Of a DNA stretch of 64,000 nucleotides, positions 1 to 9,716 are shown one piece after another. Source of the DNA: a bacterium (lineage in GTDB: Bacteria; Patescibacteriota; Minisyncoccia; Portnoybacterales; GWB1-42-6); assembly GCA_043800535.1 (NCBI GenBank), contig JAZDMV010000002.1, forward strand, positions 11,378-75,377, written 5' to 3'. The translations under genes were made by a program, and so were the position numbers. Numbering within the stretch: the stretch's first letter is position 1; each line of letters starts with the position of its first letter. Below the pieces are notes generated by a model. The model was not told the origin of the DNA. It searched no databases and saw only the letters and a program-made list of their open reading frames with translations.

Positions 1-409
1 CAGTGCATCCCATATAACCGGCAGGGTAAAGATAATAGCGATAAGCGTAGCTGCCGCCGCAAGTCGAGCCGCCGACCGGGTCCTGCGGGACTTTTGACAA
101 AAAGCTTCCATCCTGCAATGGCTCAATAAAAAACTTTCCGTCCCCGTCATTATCAACGGTTGAAGTATCCCAGCCGCCGCAACCCGCTTCCGCCTCGCCA
201 TAAGAAGAGGTCGAACCGGGGTAATGATTTTGGTTTACGTCATAATACATTTCCAGCGCAGTAACAATTGCTTTCACGTCGCTTAAGCGCTTGGTATCCC
301 GTGCTTTTTTGCGCGCGCTGTTCAGCGAAACCGTTACAACCGTAGCTAAAATACCAATAATGGCTATGACGACCAAAAGCTCTATGAGCGTAAATCCTTT
401 CTGCTTCAT
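1..409 (-). CDS. Type IV pilin / prepilin-type N-terminal methylation protein (3' end runs off the window)
   Basis: Manual translation from ATG 409: [44 protein letters not shown]..., with the G|FTLIE class III signal peptide. Confidence 0.9.
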   Translation of the reverse strand, partial: MKQKGFTLIELLVVIAIIGILATVVTVSLNSARKKARDTKRLSDVKAIVTALEMYYDVNQNHYPGSTSSYGEAEAGCGGWDTSTVDNDGDGKFFIEPLQDGSFLSKVPQDPVGGSTCGGSYAYRYYLYPAGYMGCT

Positions 410-446
410 ATTTTATCTGAGGAAACCAAATAGTTTATTTTTAATA

Positions 447-935
447 TTATTGATGATTCTTAACTTGCCCAAAATATATCCCGATATCATCATAACTTGA
501 ACTCGGGCTTGAACAGTTTGCGGTCTGGCTTATTACGTGTTCACAATTAACACTCTCGGCCCCGTTGCACATCGCTTTATTCGGTCCAGCGCTTAAAACC
601 ATGGTGCATTCATCAATACAACAACCCGGATTGTGCCATTGGTAATCAACTCCCCATGGATCTTGCGCGGGAAATTTCCCATAAGGAGTCAAAGCTGCGT
701 TCAAACATGCGCTCACTGCACCCTCGTTAAAACAAGGAAAAGTATTATTGGCATTATAATACATCTCTAAAGCCGTGTAGTATTGTCTTAGTTCTGATTT
801 TGATTTGGCGACCCGCGCCTTATCTCTAGCGCTATTTAAACTCACCAAAATAATGGAAGCTAAAATACCGATAATCGCAATCACTACCAAAAGTTCCATT
901 AGAGTGAACCCGCTGCGCTTGAAAATTCCTTTCAT
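447..935 (-). CDS. Type IV pilin / GspG-like pseudopilin
   Basis: SG|[18 protein letters not shown] motif, DPWG motif, Cys-rich C-terminus. Confidence 0.9.
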   Translation of the reverse strand: MKGIFKRSGFTLMELLVVIAIIGILASIILVSLNSARDKARVAKSKSELRQYYTALEMYYNANNTFPCFNEGAVSACLNAALTPYGKFPAQDPWGVDYQWHNPGCCIDECTMVLSAGPNKAMCNGAESVNCEHVISQTANCSSPSSSYDDIGIYFGQVKNHQ

Positions 936-941
936 TATTTT

Positions 942-1823
942 TTATTGAGCTCTATTTTCCGAGCCGAACATCTTTATCTTCTCCGCCACCACTTTTTTCA
1001 TTATCTCAAACGGCGGAGTCAGGATTTTATATGGCGTTGTTTCCTGCGGCTTCTCTTTCAATTGTTTGTCCAAGGCCTCTTTGAAAGCGACCCGCAGCTC
1101 CGTGTTGATATTAACCTTGACGATGCCAAGCTCGATCGCCTCTTTTATGTCTTTATCGGGAATGCCTGAGCCGCCGTGCAAAACTAAAAACACTTTACCG
1201 CCTAACTCATTTTTAATATCGGCTAGCCGTTCAAGATTCAGCTTTTCCTCGCCCTTTAAAAAAATGCCGTGTGCGTTTCCAATAACAACGGCCAGCGAAT
1301 CCACTCCCGTTTTTTCAACAAATTCTTTTGCCTGCTCCGCGCCGGTCAAGTCCGTTTCTTTTATTTCAAGCGCCTCCTCGTGCAGGGATGAGGAGCCGCG
1401 TAAATAGCCCAATTCGCCCTCCACAATGATCTGGCTATCAAAAGTTTTTTCAACATTCCGGATGTAATCAACCAAAGATTTTGTCTGCCGGATATTTTCT
1501 ATATATTCGAGGCCCGAGCCGTCAAAATGTATGGCATTATATCCGGCGGCCACGGCTTTTTTTATTAAAGGCAGGTGCTTGCCGTGGTCAAGATTTAAAA
1601 TTATCGCCAATTTTGTGGCCGCCCGCCAGGCACCAACCAAAGCCGCGGCTTCGCGCATTCCGATAAAATCCGCTTCGCCTTCGGAAGTTGAAACAATTAT
1701 GGGCGAATTTAATTCTTTGGCCGCCAAAACAATCGCCTTCAAAATCTCGGCAGTTGAAAAATTAAACGACCCTATCGCGTATTTCCCTTCCTGGGCAGAT
1801 TTTAAAATCTCATTTGAACTCAT
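942..1823 (-). CDS. fba: Class II fructose/ketose-bisphosphate aldolase
   Basis: LDHG, EGELG, GNAHG, VLHGGSG and KVNINTE motifs. Confidence 0.92.
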   Translation of the reverse strand: MSSNEILKSAQEGKYAIGSFNFSTAEILKAIVLAAKELNSPIIVSTSEGEADFIGMREAAALVGAWRAATKLAIILNLDHGKHLPLIKKAVAAGYNAIHFDGSGLEYIENIRQTKSLVDYIRNVEKTFDSQIIVEGELGYLRGSSSLHEEALEIKETDLTGAEQAKEFVEKTGVDSLAVVIGNAHGIFLKGEEKLNLERLADIKNELGGKVFLVLHGGSGIPDKDIKEAIELGIVKVNINTELRVAFKEALDKQLKEKPQETTPYKILTPPFEIMKKVVAEKIKMFGSENRAQ

Positions 1824-1844
1824 CTAATAAATCGCAATAGCGGA

Positions 1845-2005
1845 AAAATAGACAGAAAATCGAGATGAGCGAGGCGTTAAGAAATTGCCGAGCGACGAGA
1901 GAAACGAGGAGTTTACGAGGCAATTTTAGCTGAGCGAATCCGATTTTCTCTATTTTGAAGCGTGCGAGAGCTTTTTGGTTACTTTTTCTCGGCAGAAAAA
2001 GTAAC
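1845..2005. repeat. Intergenic structured repeat family A, copy 1
   Basis: Shares core GAAATTGCCGAGCGACGAGwGAAACGAGrAGTTTACGAGGCAATTTT and the terminal TTTTGGTTACTTTT..AAAAGTA hairpin with 3315-3479. Confidence 0.85.
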
Positions 2006-2032
2006 TTTTGCGCCGCTTTAATAAAGCGGCAT

Positions 2033-3286
2033 TTATTTCAACTCAATATATCCTTTCTCTAAATTTTCCACCACCATTTCCTCCAATTTTTCTTCTCCCA
2101 TATATTCAATAAAGATCTTATTCCAAAGAGCTTCCTGCTGATGATAAAGATATTTGCCGAGCCCCCCGCGAGTCAAAGAGATAACATTGTCCAAGAGGTC
2201 AAAGCTGACAATATCTTCACCTTTTTTCCCCGCAGGCAATATCGTCCCGACAAAATCATCGACCCCCCGCCAGAAATCCATTTTTGCCCGCGGATTTTTC
2301 TCGGCCATCGCATCCATCTCTTTTTCTGCTTTGAGCCAGTGGATGGTTTCAGGATTAACGTGCGGCTCAAACAGGCGCGGATCGTTTTCGTCAATCTTTG
2401 CCAGATACCGCACGACTATCCGCCACAAAATTTTTCCGTCCTCTTCGGGCATGGAATCAGTTATCGCGCCAGACAGAAGCTTTACGAGATTCTGCCCAAA
2501 ATTCGGCGCGGCCGAATATTTCTTAAAAAGCTTTGAATAAAAATCAATCTCATGAAGATAATGGAGCACCAAGCTGAATGTTTCCAGAGATTGGCCGGCA
2601 AACTGTTCTTTTTTCAAAGGCAGAATAAAAATAAAGCCAAGTTCCTTTAGGTGGCTGATATTGTGAAGTTTTTTGCCGACAAATTTTTCGCCGATTTGGG
2701 TCCATTTTGGCGAAAGCACAGCAATTCTCAATTCTCTTTCCTCGAAATTGTCACCGCGCAAATCGTTGTAGGGATGGAAAAAAACGTGATTGAGCCATTT
2801 TTCGTCTTCAACAAAACGCAAGGCGGCAAAAATCTCATAAAGGTCCTCTTTTTCCACCATCTCCTTTATGTTGTTATACCCCAGTGCCTTTAAAATATTC
2901 TTTGGCGGGTTCAAAAATAAAAAGTCCCGCAGCTTTTCTTTTTTGACAAAAAATCCCTTTGTGATATTGGCCGCATTCTTTAAAACATCGATCATCAGAT
3001 TGCAGCATTCTTGTTTGGCAAAATCCGGCCTGCCCAGAAATTCAAAAAAAGCCTCGTCCGCCTCTTTGGTTTTTTTCAAAAGCTCGCGCTCAACATATTG
3101 CGCGTCGGCTTTTTCTTCCGCAATGCCAAGTTCCGCGAGCTTACGTTTAATTACCGCCCGGTTCTCCTCAAAAATTTTATCCGCAACGCCTTTTTTGCCA
3201 GTCAATTTATCCATGCGGCTAAACAAATCGGCCAGAACATTTTCCGGCGTCCGTAAAAGTTTTGCGATATACTGAATTGAGTTCAT
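2033..3286 (-). CDS. Hypothetical protein (417 aa) inside the sugar-phosphate cluster
   Basis: Long ORF co-oriented between pfkB and fba; His-containing motifs (HNISHLKE, LHYLHE, EPHVNPE); family not recognised. Confidence 0.75.
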   Translation of the reverse strand: MNSIQYIAKLLRTPENVLADLFSRMDKLTGKKGVADKIFEENRAVIKRKLAELGIAEEKADAQYVERELLKKTKEADEAFFEFLGRPDFAKQECCNLMIDVLKNAANITKGFFVKKEKLRDFLFLNPPKNILKALGYNNIKEMVEKEDLYEIFAALRFVEDEKWLNHVFFHPYNDLRGDNFEERELRIAVLSPKWTQIGEKFVGKKLHNISHLKELGFIFILPLKKEQFAGQSLETFSLVLHYLHEIDFYSKLFKKYSAAPNFGQNLVKLLSGAITDSMPEEDGKILWRIVVRYLAKIDENDPRLFEPHVNPETIHWLKAEKEMDAMAEKNPRAKMDFWRGVDDFVGTILPAGKKGEDIVSFDLLDNVISLTRGGLGKYLYHQQEALWNKIFIEYMGEEKLEEMVVENLEKGYIELK

Positions 3287-3314
3287 AAATGATGGATCCT
3301 CTGTCGCGCATCGA

Positions 3315-3479
3315 AAAATTTTGTCATAAAATCGCGATGGGCTAGACGTATGAAAAATTGCCGAGCGACGAGTGAAACGAGAAGTTTACGAGGCAATTTT
3401 TAGTCGAGCGAATCTGATTTTATCAAAATTTTATCGCTGCGCGTGGTCTTTTGCTACTTTTCTGCCACCAGAAAAGTAG
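3315..3479. repeat. Intergenic structured repeat family A, copy 2
   Basis: Direct-repeat homolog of 1845-2005. Confidence 0.85.
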
Positions 3480-3487
3480 ATAAAAAT

Positions 3488-4495
3488 TTATATTTTATAA
3501 CTCTTCACCTCCACCCTCTCCCACGGTCCCCATTCCCCTTTTTTTAAAAGGCCGGTTTTGGCGCCAAGATTCTGGACGGTTCCGGTCGCGTTGGCTGTAC
3601 CTAGCTGCACAGCGTATTCAATTGCTGAAGAATCTTTTTTCCAGTCGCCTCTCTGCAAAAGTCCGCTCAAAAATCCCGAGCCAAAAGCGTCGCCAGAACC
3701 AGTTCTGTCAACCAGGCCCGATCTTGGTATGCCGGCAGTATAAATATTACGGCCATCAGACACCATTACCCCTTCATGTCCCTTGCTCATAACCGCCACA
3801 CCCTTTATCCAAACGTCCAGGCGCTTAAAAATTTCTTTTTCCGAGTTGTATGGCAAACAGGTTAATTTCGCCGCTTCTTCTTTGTTTAGAATAAAAACGT
3901 CTATTTTATTTAATAGCGGCTCAAGCCGGTCAATGCCAAGATTCAACTGCGCCTCTCCAGGATTAACCGCGATTTTTATTCCATTTTCATAAGCAAAATT
4001 AATTAACGGTTCAAAAAGCTCTGCTGATTTTCCAGAAAGGCCTGAGATATAGAACCATTTAGTTTTTTTGAGTTCGGCCCACGAAATTTCTTCTTTTGTT
4101 AAATTATGGCAAGCTCCTTGATACACCAAGATCGTTCGTTCACCCCCCGGCACCGAAAGCACAATTGAATAAGCAGTTTTTGATCTTTTGTCTTTTGTTA
4201 CAAACCCGCTGTTCACGCCAAATTTTTTAAGCTCCTCCAGAATTGCGTTTCCGCCAGTGTCATCCCCGACTTTTCCGACATAAGCGGTCTTTAGGCCCTG
4301 CAAAACGAAAGTGACGGCGGCATTTGTTCCTCCGCCGCCCGTCTCAAAAACTACGTCTTCAACATAAATTTTTGAGCCGGAAGGCGCGCAGACCCCTTTG
4401 CCAGTCGCAAAATCATCAGACCTTATTGTCTTAAAATTTTTGCTTATGACGAACATGTCCCGCGTGGCGGAGCCGAATGTGATGATGTCGAACAT
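3488..4495 (-). CDS. PfkB-family carbohydrate kinase
   Basis: GGGGTNAA N-terminal signature and DRTGSGDAF C-terminal signature. Confidence 0.92.
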   Translation of the reverse strand: MFDIITFGSATRDMFVISKNFKTIRSDDFATGKGVCAPSGSKIYVEDVVFETGGGGTNAAVTFVLQGLKTAYVGKVGDDTGGNAILEELKKFGVNSGFVTKDKRSKTAYSIVLSVPGGERTILVYQGACHNLTKEEISWAELKKTKWFYISGLSGKSAELFEPLINFAYENGIKIAVNPGEAQLNLGIDRLEPLLNKIDVFILNKEEAAKLTCLPYNSEKEIFKRLDVWIKGVAVMSKGHEGVMVSDGRNIYTAGIPRSGLVDRTGSGDAFGSGFLSGLLQRGDWKKDSSAIEYAVQLGTANATGTVQNLGAKTGLLKKGEWGPWERVEVKSYKI

Positions 4496-4498
4496 AAT

Positions 4499-4930
4499 TT
4501 ACCTAATTATTTTTAAAATATATTTATCAACAATTTCTCCGCTGCAAGCATAAAAGAAAACAATGTCTACAACCCCTTCCTTTTTCGGTGTAATAATAGT
4601 GTAATTATTTTTATGGCATATACTCGATCTTTTATCTACAAAACTAATATCATAATAATCGCTTGTTTTGGCACCAACAGGACACCCCCCGGGTGCACCA
4701 TCTTCTGGAACACAAATATCTTCTTCGTCAGTTCTTACAATAATACTCTCGCCAATTTTAACTGTCATATTATTTTCAATCCTCTGAAGCTTTATATCGG
4801 TTAATCTAAAATAAATTTTCAAACCAAAAAAACCAATAATTAAAGCTATAATTATTACAAATAATGCTTTAAGTTTTTTACTTCTCCAAAAGCTTGTTTT
4901 TTGTGGATTATTTGGTTGGGGCGTTTCCAT
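4499..4930 (-). CDS. Hypothetical single-pass membrane protein (AT-rich)
   Basis: Basic stretch followed by a TM helix; start taken at METPQ because the longer ORF start lies inside a palindromic repeat. Confidence 0.6.
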   Translation of the reverse strand: METPQPNNPQKTSFWRSKKLKALFVIIIALIIGFFGLKIYFRLTDIKLQRIENNMTVKIGESIIVRTDEEDICVPEDGAPGGCPVGAKTSDYYDISFVDKRSSICHKNNYTIITPKKEGVVDIVFFYACSGEIVDKYILKIIR

Positions 4931-4937
4931 GGTTTTT

Positions 4938-5037
4938 GTCATTCCTGCCCGCGCTACGCCGAAAGGCTTCGGCGAGGCGAACAAAAGCAAAAATTCAGAT
5001 TGTTTTTCTTCTGGATTCCGGCTTTCGCCGGAATGAT
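4938..5037. repeat. REP-like palindromic element (GTCATTCC..GGAATGA family) with a nested hairpin
   Basis: GTCATTCCTGC ... CTGGATTCCGGCTTTCGCCGGAATGA; related copies at ~8330-8430 and 19322-19387. Confidence 0.75.
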
Positions 5038-5046
5038 ACCAAAAAG

Positions 5047-7350
5047 CTACAAAGCGCCTAGTATTTTCTTCTTCAATCCTTCCACATCAAATTCAGCGAA
5101 TTTATATACTTCATCCACCGCGCCGGATTTAAGGAAGCGGTCGATCCCGATAACCCGTTTCTGATAATCGCCGGGCAGAATGAAAGGGTTCAAAAACGCC
5201 GGCCAGCCATTGTGCAGAGTTATGACATACTGACGCTCTTCGTCTGGCAAAATTGAATCGGCTTTGGCCGGATCGTTCTTTTTCAGCTCTTCAAAAAGCT
5301 CGGGTGAAGTGACCGCGATAATTTTTATATCCGCATTCTGCTCCAATTCAGGCAAACTTGCCAAAACATTAGCCATCACTTGCCCGCCGCAGATGGCAAA
5401 AATAACTTTTTTCTTGCCGTTTTCCGCGAATGGCTTGTAAACATAAGCGCCATTTATTGCCTCTTTAGCAGGAGGCACTCCGTTTTCGCGTTTTAAAACC
5501 GGCGTTCCCGGCCGCATGATAGATAACGCGATCGGCTCCTGTTTTTCCATCGCATAAAACAGCATCTCAATTGTTTCATTGGCATCCATGGGTTTATAAA
5601 CTTTTATTCCCGGATAAGCGTTAAACAGCGACATCCAGAATAGCCCATGATGCGTTTCGCCGTCCTCGCCCGTTTCCGGGCCGTCGTGAGCCGCCAGCAT
5701 AATAAAAAATCCTTTACGCTTTGGGTTGACGTAATTATTGATCAACGCCATGCGCACCGAATTGGCCATAATTGAGGTAAACACGCCATATGACGCAAAG
5801 ACGCTCATTGCCTGATATCCGCCCGGCAGAATATCCTGGGTCAAACTGCTTCCCATCATAGCCATATTCTGCTCGGCAATGCCGTAGCGGAAACCGCGGC
5901 CCAAAGGATTGCTCGGACTGATAATCCCATAAACATTCTCCGCATTTTTGGTCAAAATAGAACCAGCCAGATCGCCGGAACCAACGTAGAAAAACGCTGA
6001 CTGCTTCATCATCCATTCAAAAAATGCTTCAGTCGCTTTTCTTGTGGCGATTGCTTCGCCTTCCTTGAAAACCAGTTCCGGCGGCAAAACATCCGGCCGC
6101 TTAATAGATTTATAATCAGCCATCGGCCGGTCTTTTAACACTTCCGCCATTTTTCCAGATAGCTCTTTTTCCGGCCTAATCCTTTCTTTATCAACGTTCA
6201 GGCGGTCAAATATATATTCAACATCCTCTTGAGTCAATTGAGAGATCACAACATCAATGTCTTTTTGCGTATCGCCCTCAATTCCGGGAATATCAAAGCC
6301 GATCGCTTTCATTATTTCAACGTAATCCGGATGTGCGACAGGCGCGCCGTGCGAGCCGGCCGTGCCGGCCAGCTTGCCGTAAAACTTCCCTTTGATAGTA
6401 TGGCAAATAATAACTGTGGCTTTTTTATTTCCAAACCCCTGATAGGCCTTATGATAAGCATAAGCGATCTCAAGAGGGTTATGGCCGTCAATTTCAATAA
6501 TGTTCCAGCCCGGGCCAAACCAATAATTATCAATGGGCAAGCTTATGACTTCGCCAATCGGCCCGTCTATGCCAAAATTATTATTATCAAGAGTAACGAT
6601 AATATTATCGGCGCCCATTGAAATAATGGAATTGCGCGCCTCATAACTTATTCCCTCTTCGGTTTCCGCGTCGCCCGCGATAACGTGCACTTTTGCGTCC
6701 AGCCCGTTTGATTTTTGCAAAATTGCCAAGCCAAGCCCGACAGAAAAACCATGCCCCGAAGAACCGGTTGAAGCGTCAGCCAAAGCATAACTTGATTCAA
6801 CATGGCCACTCGGGCCGTCGCAATGCCTGAAACGAGTCAGGCAAGAAGGCGTTGAATAGCCAAGCGCGTCTTTATCCAGCTTCACGCCTTTGCGCGACAT
6901 TACCTCCCAAATGAGCGCAAGCAAAGAATGTTGCAATGGCGTGCAATGCCCGGCGGACCAGACAATGCGGTCCCGGCCGGGATTTTTTGGGTCCTGCGGG
7001 TCAAAGGCAAAAATGCCGGAAAACAGCAAGCTTAATAAGATCTCAGTCTTTGAAGAAGATCCTCCCGGATGGCCAGATTTAATTCCATCCATCGCGGCAA
7101 AACTTAAACCGCGCACAACTCGCGCGATGTTTTCTATTCTAACGATATCAACTCCATCAATAGGTGCCAATTCAAGTCCTTTTAGATTTAAATAAACCCC
7201 CACACCTTCTTCTGCTTGATTATTTTTTTGGCTAGTTTCGGAACTCGCTAAGGTGTGGGGGTAAAAACCGCCTTCGGCCTGATACTGAAAGCGCTGCGGC
7301 TCCTTCTCCTTAAGCATGCCTAATTCCTTCTCATCGAGAATATTGTACAT
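5047..7350 (-). CDS. tkt: Transketolase (single chain)
   Basis: SGHPGG, DRIVWSAGH, ThDP-binding GDAE..EG..N, GIAEQ and HDG..GEDGETH motifs. Confidence 0.88.
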   Translation of the reverse strand: MYNILDEKELGMLKEKEPQRFQYQAEGGFYPHTLASSETSQKNNQAEEGVGVYLNLKGLELAPIDGVDIVRIENIARVVRGLSFAAMDGIKSGHPGGSSSKTEILLSLLFSGIFAFDPQDPKNPGRDRIVWSAGHCTPLQHSLLALIWEVMSRKGVKLDKDALGYSTPSCLTRFRHCDGPSGHVESSYALADASTGSSGHGFSVGLGLAILQKSNGLDAKVHVIAGDAETEEGISYEARNSIISMGADNIIVTLDNNNFGIDGPIGEVISLPIDNYWFGPGWNIIEIDGHNPLEIAYAYHKAYQGFGNKKATVIICHTIKGKFYGKLAGTAGSHGAPVAHPDYVEIMKAIGFDIPGIEGDTQKDIDVVISQLTQEDVEYIFDRLNVDKERIRPEKELSGKMAEVLKDRPMADYKSIKRPDVLPPELVFKEGEAIATRKATEAFFEWMMKQSAFFYVGSGDLAGSILTKNAENVYGIISPSNPLGRGFRYGIAEQNMAMMGSSLTQDILPGGYQAMSVFASYGVFTSIMANSVRMALINNYVNPKRKGFFIMLAAHDGPETGEDGETHHGLFWMSLFNAYPGIKVYKPMDANETIEMLFYAMEKQEPIALSIMRPGTPVLKRENGVPPAKEAINGAYVYKPFAENGKKKVIFAICGGQVMANVLASLPELEQNADIKIIAVTSPELFEELKKNDPAKADSILPDEERQYVITLHNGWPAFLNPFILPGDYQKRVIGIDRFLKSGAVDEVYKFAEFDVEGLKKKILGAL
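7196..7262. repeat. ACCCCCACACC..GGTGTGGGGGT palindromic element inserted in frame in tkt
   Basis: 12-bp terminal inverted repeat; same ends at 50601-50703 and 50747-50861. Confidence 0.8.
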
Positions 7351-7378
7351 AAATTTAATTAATTAAAATCTTATTTTT

Positions 7379-7897
7379 TTACCAAGTGCTTCTGGCCGCT
7401 GCTGTTGAAACTTGCCAAGCCCCAGTTGGTCTAACGGGGTCATAAAAAGGATCTGTGGCTAAATACCCTGTCTCTGGCGTGCAATGAGCCAAAACTTTGT
7501 AGTCGACACCATTTGAATAATAAAGATAGCAGCAACCAGCGCCGTTGGCATTATGACCTTTTGGGTCAAGCGGCAGTTGCGCCATATACGCGGGCGCCAA
7601 ATTCGGAACATAGCCGTCGCTACCCGAAAGAGCGTGGCTTCCAAAACTATCGCATTCGCCCCACCACCCCGGCACAACCGGGTAGACGCCGCTAAAATCA
7701 TAATACATTTCCAAAGCCAGCTGAATTTGACTTAAATCCGTTTTACGCTTAGCGTCCCTCGCTTTTGCTCTGGCACTGCTAAGAGAAACCAACACAACGC
7801 CGGAAAGTAATCCTATAATCGCAATCACAACCAAAAGTTCCATCAAAGTGAACCCTTTTGTGCGGTTTTTAATTTTGATTCCAAGCCATCTTGACAT
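7379..7897 (-). CDS. Type IV pilin / GspG-like protein
   Basis: KG|[32 protein letters not shown]. Confidence 0.9.
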   Translation of the reverse strand: MSRWLGIKIKNRTKGFTLMELLVVIAIIGLLSGVVLVSLSSARAKARDAKRKTDLSQIQLALEMYYDFSGVYPVVPGWWGECDSFGSHALSGSDGYVPNLAPAYMAQLPLDPKGHNANGAGCCYLYYSNGVDYKVLAHCTPETGYLATDPFYDPVRPTGAWQVSTAAARSTW

Positions 7898-7918
7898 CTT
7901 TAAATTACCGCTCAGCTC

Positions 7919-8320
7919 TTACTTTACAATAAGTTTCTGAACCTGCACTGTGCCGTTGCTCAGGCGACCGTCCACTGTCACGCGATTCCCCACGCCTAAT
8001 TTTGAAACGTTGCACACAGATTCTTTGCCCGCAATTGTGCATAAACTGCCGCCCGAAAAAACTAGTTTTGCGGTCAACGCCGCCTGGCCAGGATTTTCAT
8101 ACAATAAATACCACATTCCCCTCTCCATGCCTGGATTGTTTTTGACAAGATTTCCGGTGTGCGAAAACCCAATACTCTCTAAATTATTTGCGTTTATCGT
8201 TTCCACAAGCGGCTCTTCTGTCTGTAACCACCAGACAGCCAAAGCTGCCGCCACTGACAATATCACTATTATCACAATAGCCAGACTTATCCTTTCTTTA
8301 GCCAGGTTTCTTTTTGTCAT
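7919..8320 (-). CDS. Hypothetical membrane-anchored protein
   Basis: N-terminal TM helix followed by a small beta-rich domain (W.L.YE.PG motif). Confidence 0.7.
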   Translation of the reverse strand: MTKRNLAKERISLAIVIIVILSVAAALAVWWLQTEEPLVETINANNLESIGFSHTGNLVKNNPGMERGMWYLLYENPGQAALTAKLVFSGGSLCTIAGKESVCNVSKLGVGNRVTVDGRLSNGTVQVQKLIVK

Positions 8321-8436
8321 TATTATTGTTATTCCTGCGGAAGCAGGAATCCAGGTTCTCCTATCTGCCTCCTGATGCTAATCTGGATTCTCGCTCCAAG
8401 CATGTCCTGCGTTTGATACAGGACTGAAATAACAAA

Positions 8437-9087
8437 TTATATTATTATATTTTTTAATTTTTCAATTGAACCTTTTATATCAGCACTTCCAAATATGGCA
8501 GAGCCGGCAACTAAAATATCGGCCCCGGAAGCAGCCGCCTTTTTTCCCGTTTCTGCATTTATCCCGCCATCCACCGCAATTTTTATATCGCTGTATTTTG
8601 AGCGCAGATCAAAGATCTTTGGCAGAACGCGTTCCGAAAAAGGATGGCCGTAATAGCCGATTTCCTGAATGCCCATCAGCTGAATAACCTGAAAATTGGG
8701 GAATTGAGAAATTGGGAAATTTTCCAAAACATTAATGGGGGTCTGAAGATTTAAAACAAGCCCCATTTCCATTCCGGCCGCTTTTAATTTTTCCGAAATT
8801 TCAGTCAGCTTTTCCGTTGACTCGTAATGAATTAAAATTCTTTTAACGCCAGAAACAATCCATCTGTCAATCTCTTTTTCGGGCTCAGAAATCATTAAAT
8901 GAACTTCAAAATTAAGCTTGGTCTCTATCTTTTTCAAATCTTCCGGATTGTCCCAGGTTTTTGTCGCTGTAAATTTGCCGTCACCAATGTCTAATTGCAC
9001 CCAATCTACATATGGTTCAACCAGCTTTATCTTTTTTTTCAGGTCATCAAAGTCCTTGGCAAGAATGGCGGGAATTATTTCAGGCAT
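8437..9087 (-). CDS. rpe: Ribulose-phosphate 3-epimerase
   Basis: IIPAILA, QLDIGDG, EVHLMI, VDGGI and VAGSAIF motifs; start at MPEIIPA. Confidence 0.93.
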   Translation of the reverse strand: MPEIIPAILAKDFDDLKKKIKLVEPYVDWVQLDIGDGKFTATKTWDNPEDLKKIETKLNFEVHLMISEPEKEIDRWIVSGVKRILIHYESTEKLTEISEKLKAAGMEMGLVLNLQTPINVLENFPISQFPNFQVIQLMGIQEIGYYGHPFSERVLPKIFDLRSKYSDIKIAVDGGINAETGKKAAASGADILVAGSAIFGSADIKGSIEKLKNIII

Positions 9088-9227
9088 AAAAATAAAAGAT
9101 TCAAATTTCAAAATCCAAATTTCAACTTCTCGACAAGCTCGAAGAATAAATTATTATTCGAGCGAAGGAGTCCCTTTAACGGGACGACTGAGTCGAGAAT
9201 TTGACATTTGAGCTTTGGATTTTTGAC

Positions 9228-9671
9228 TTAGTTTCTTTCTATGTTCTCTATCTTCTCAATCCTCCTTAAATGCCTTCCTTCCGCGACGAACTCCGTGTCC
9301 AGCCACATTTTCACCAATTTTTTGGCAATATCATCGTCCAGCACTCTGCCGCCAAGACAAATGATATTTGCATTCAAATGTTCAGCCGCGCTTCTGGCTG
9401 TAAATTCGTCATAAACCAAAGCGGCGCGGATGCCGTCAACCTTATTTGCCGTGATGCAAACGCCTTGTCCCGTGCCGCAGATCAAAATGCCTTTTGAATC
9501 TTCATTTTCAACCACATTTTGCGCCAAGCGATATGCAAAATCAGGATAATCGTCAGACGGATCAAGCTGTTCATTCCCCAGGTCCTGGACGTCAAAACCA
9601 AGCTCAACCAAATATGGCCTCAACGCTTCTTTTAACGGATATCCCGCGTGGTCCGCGGCGATGAATAGCAT
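9228..9671 (-). CDS. rpiB: Ribose-5-phosphate isomerase B
   Basis: ADHAG, DYPD, CGTGQG, ANKVDGIRAA and GRHLRR motifs. Confidence 0.95.
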   Translation of the reverse strand: MLFIAADHAGYPLKEALRPYLVELGFDVQDLGNEQLDPSDDYPDFAYRLAQNVVENEDSKGILICGTGQGVCITANKVDGIRAALVYDEFTARSAAEHLNANIICLGGRVLDDDIAKKLVKMWLDTEFVAEGRHLRRIEKIENIERN

Positions 9672-9716
9672 GCTAGCGATTAGCAAATAGCGACTGGCGA
9701 CTAGTCATACTAGTGG

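Noticed and set aside
1880-1940. Hammerhead ribozyme in repeat family A (GAAAC, CTGA words)
   Set aside because: No CUGAnGA core in the correct stem context, and the CTGA is not conserved in copy 2.
7430-7442. Solo TCTAACGGGGTCA end inside a pilin gene
   Set aside because: It matches one TIR of the 10971-11082 element but has no partner, and it encodes an ordinary DPVR motif, so it may be chance.
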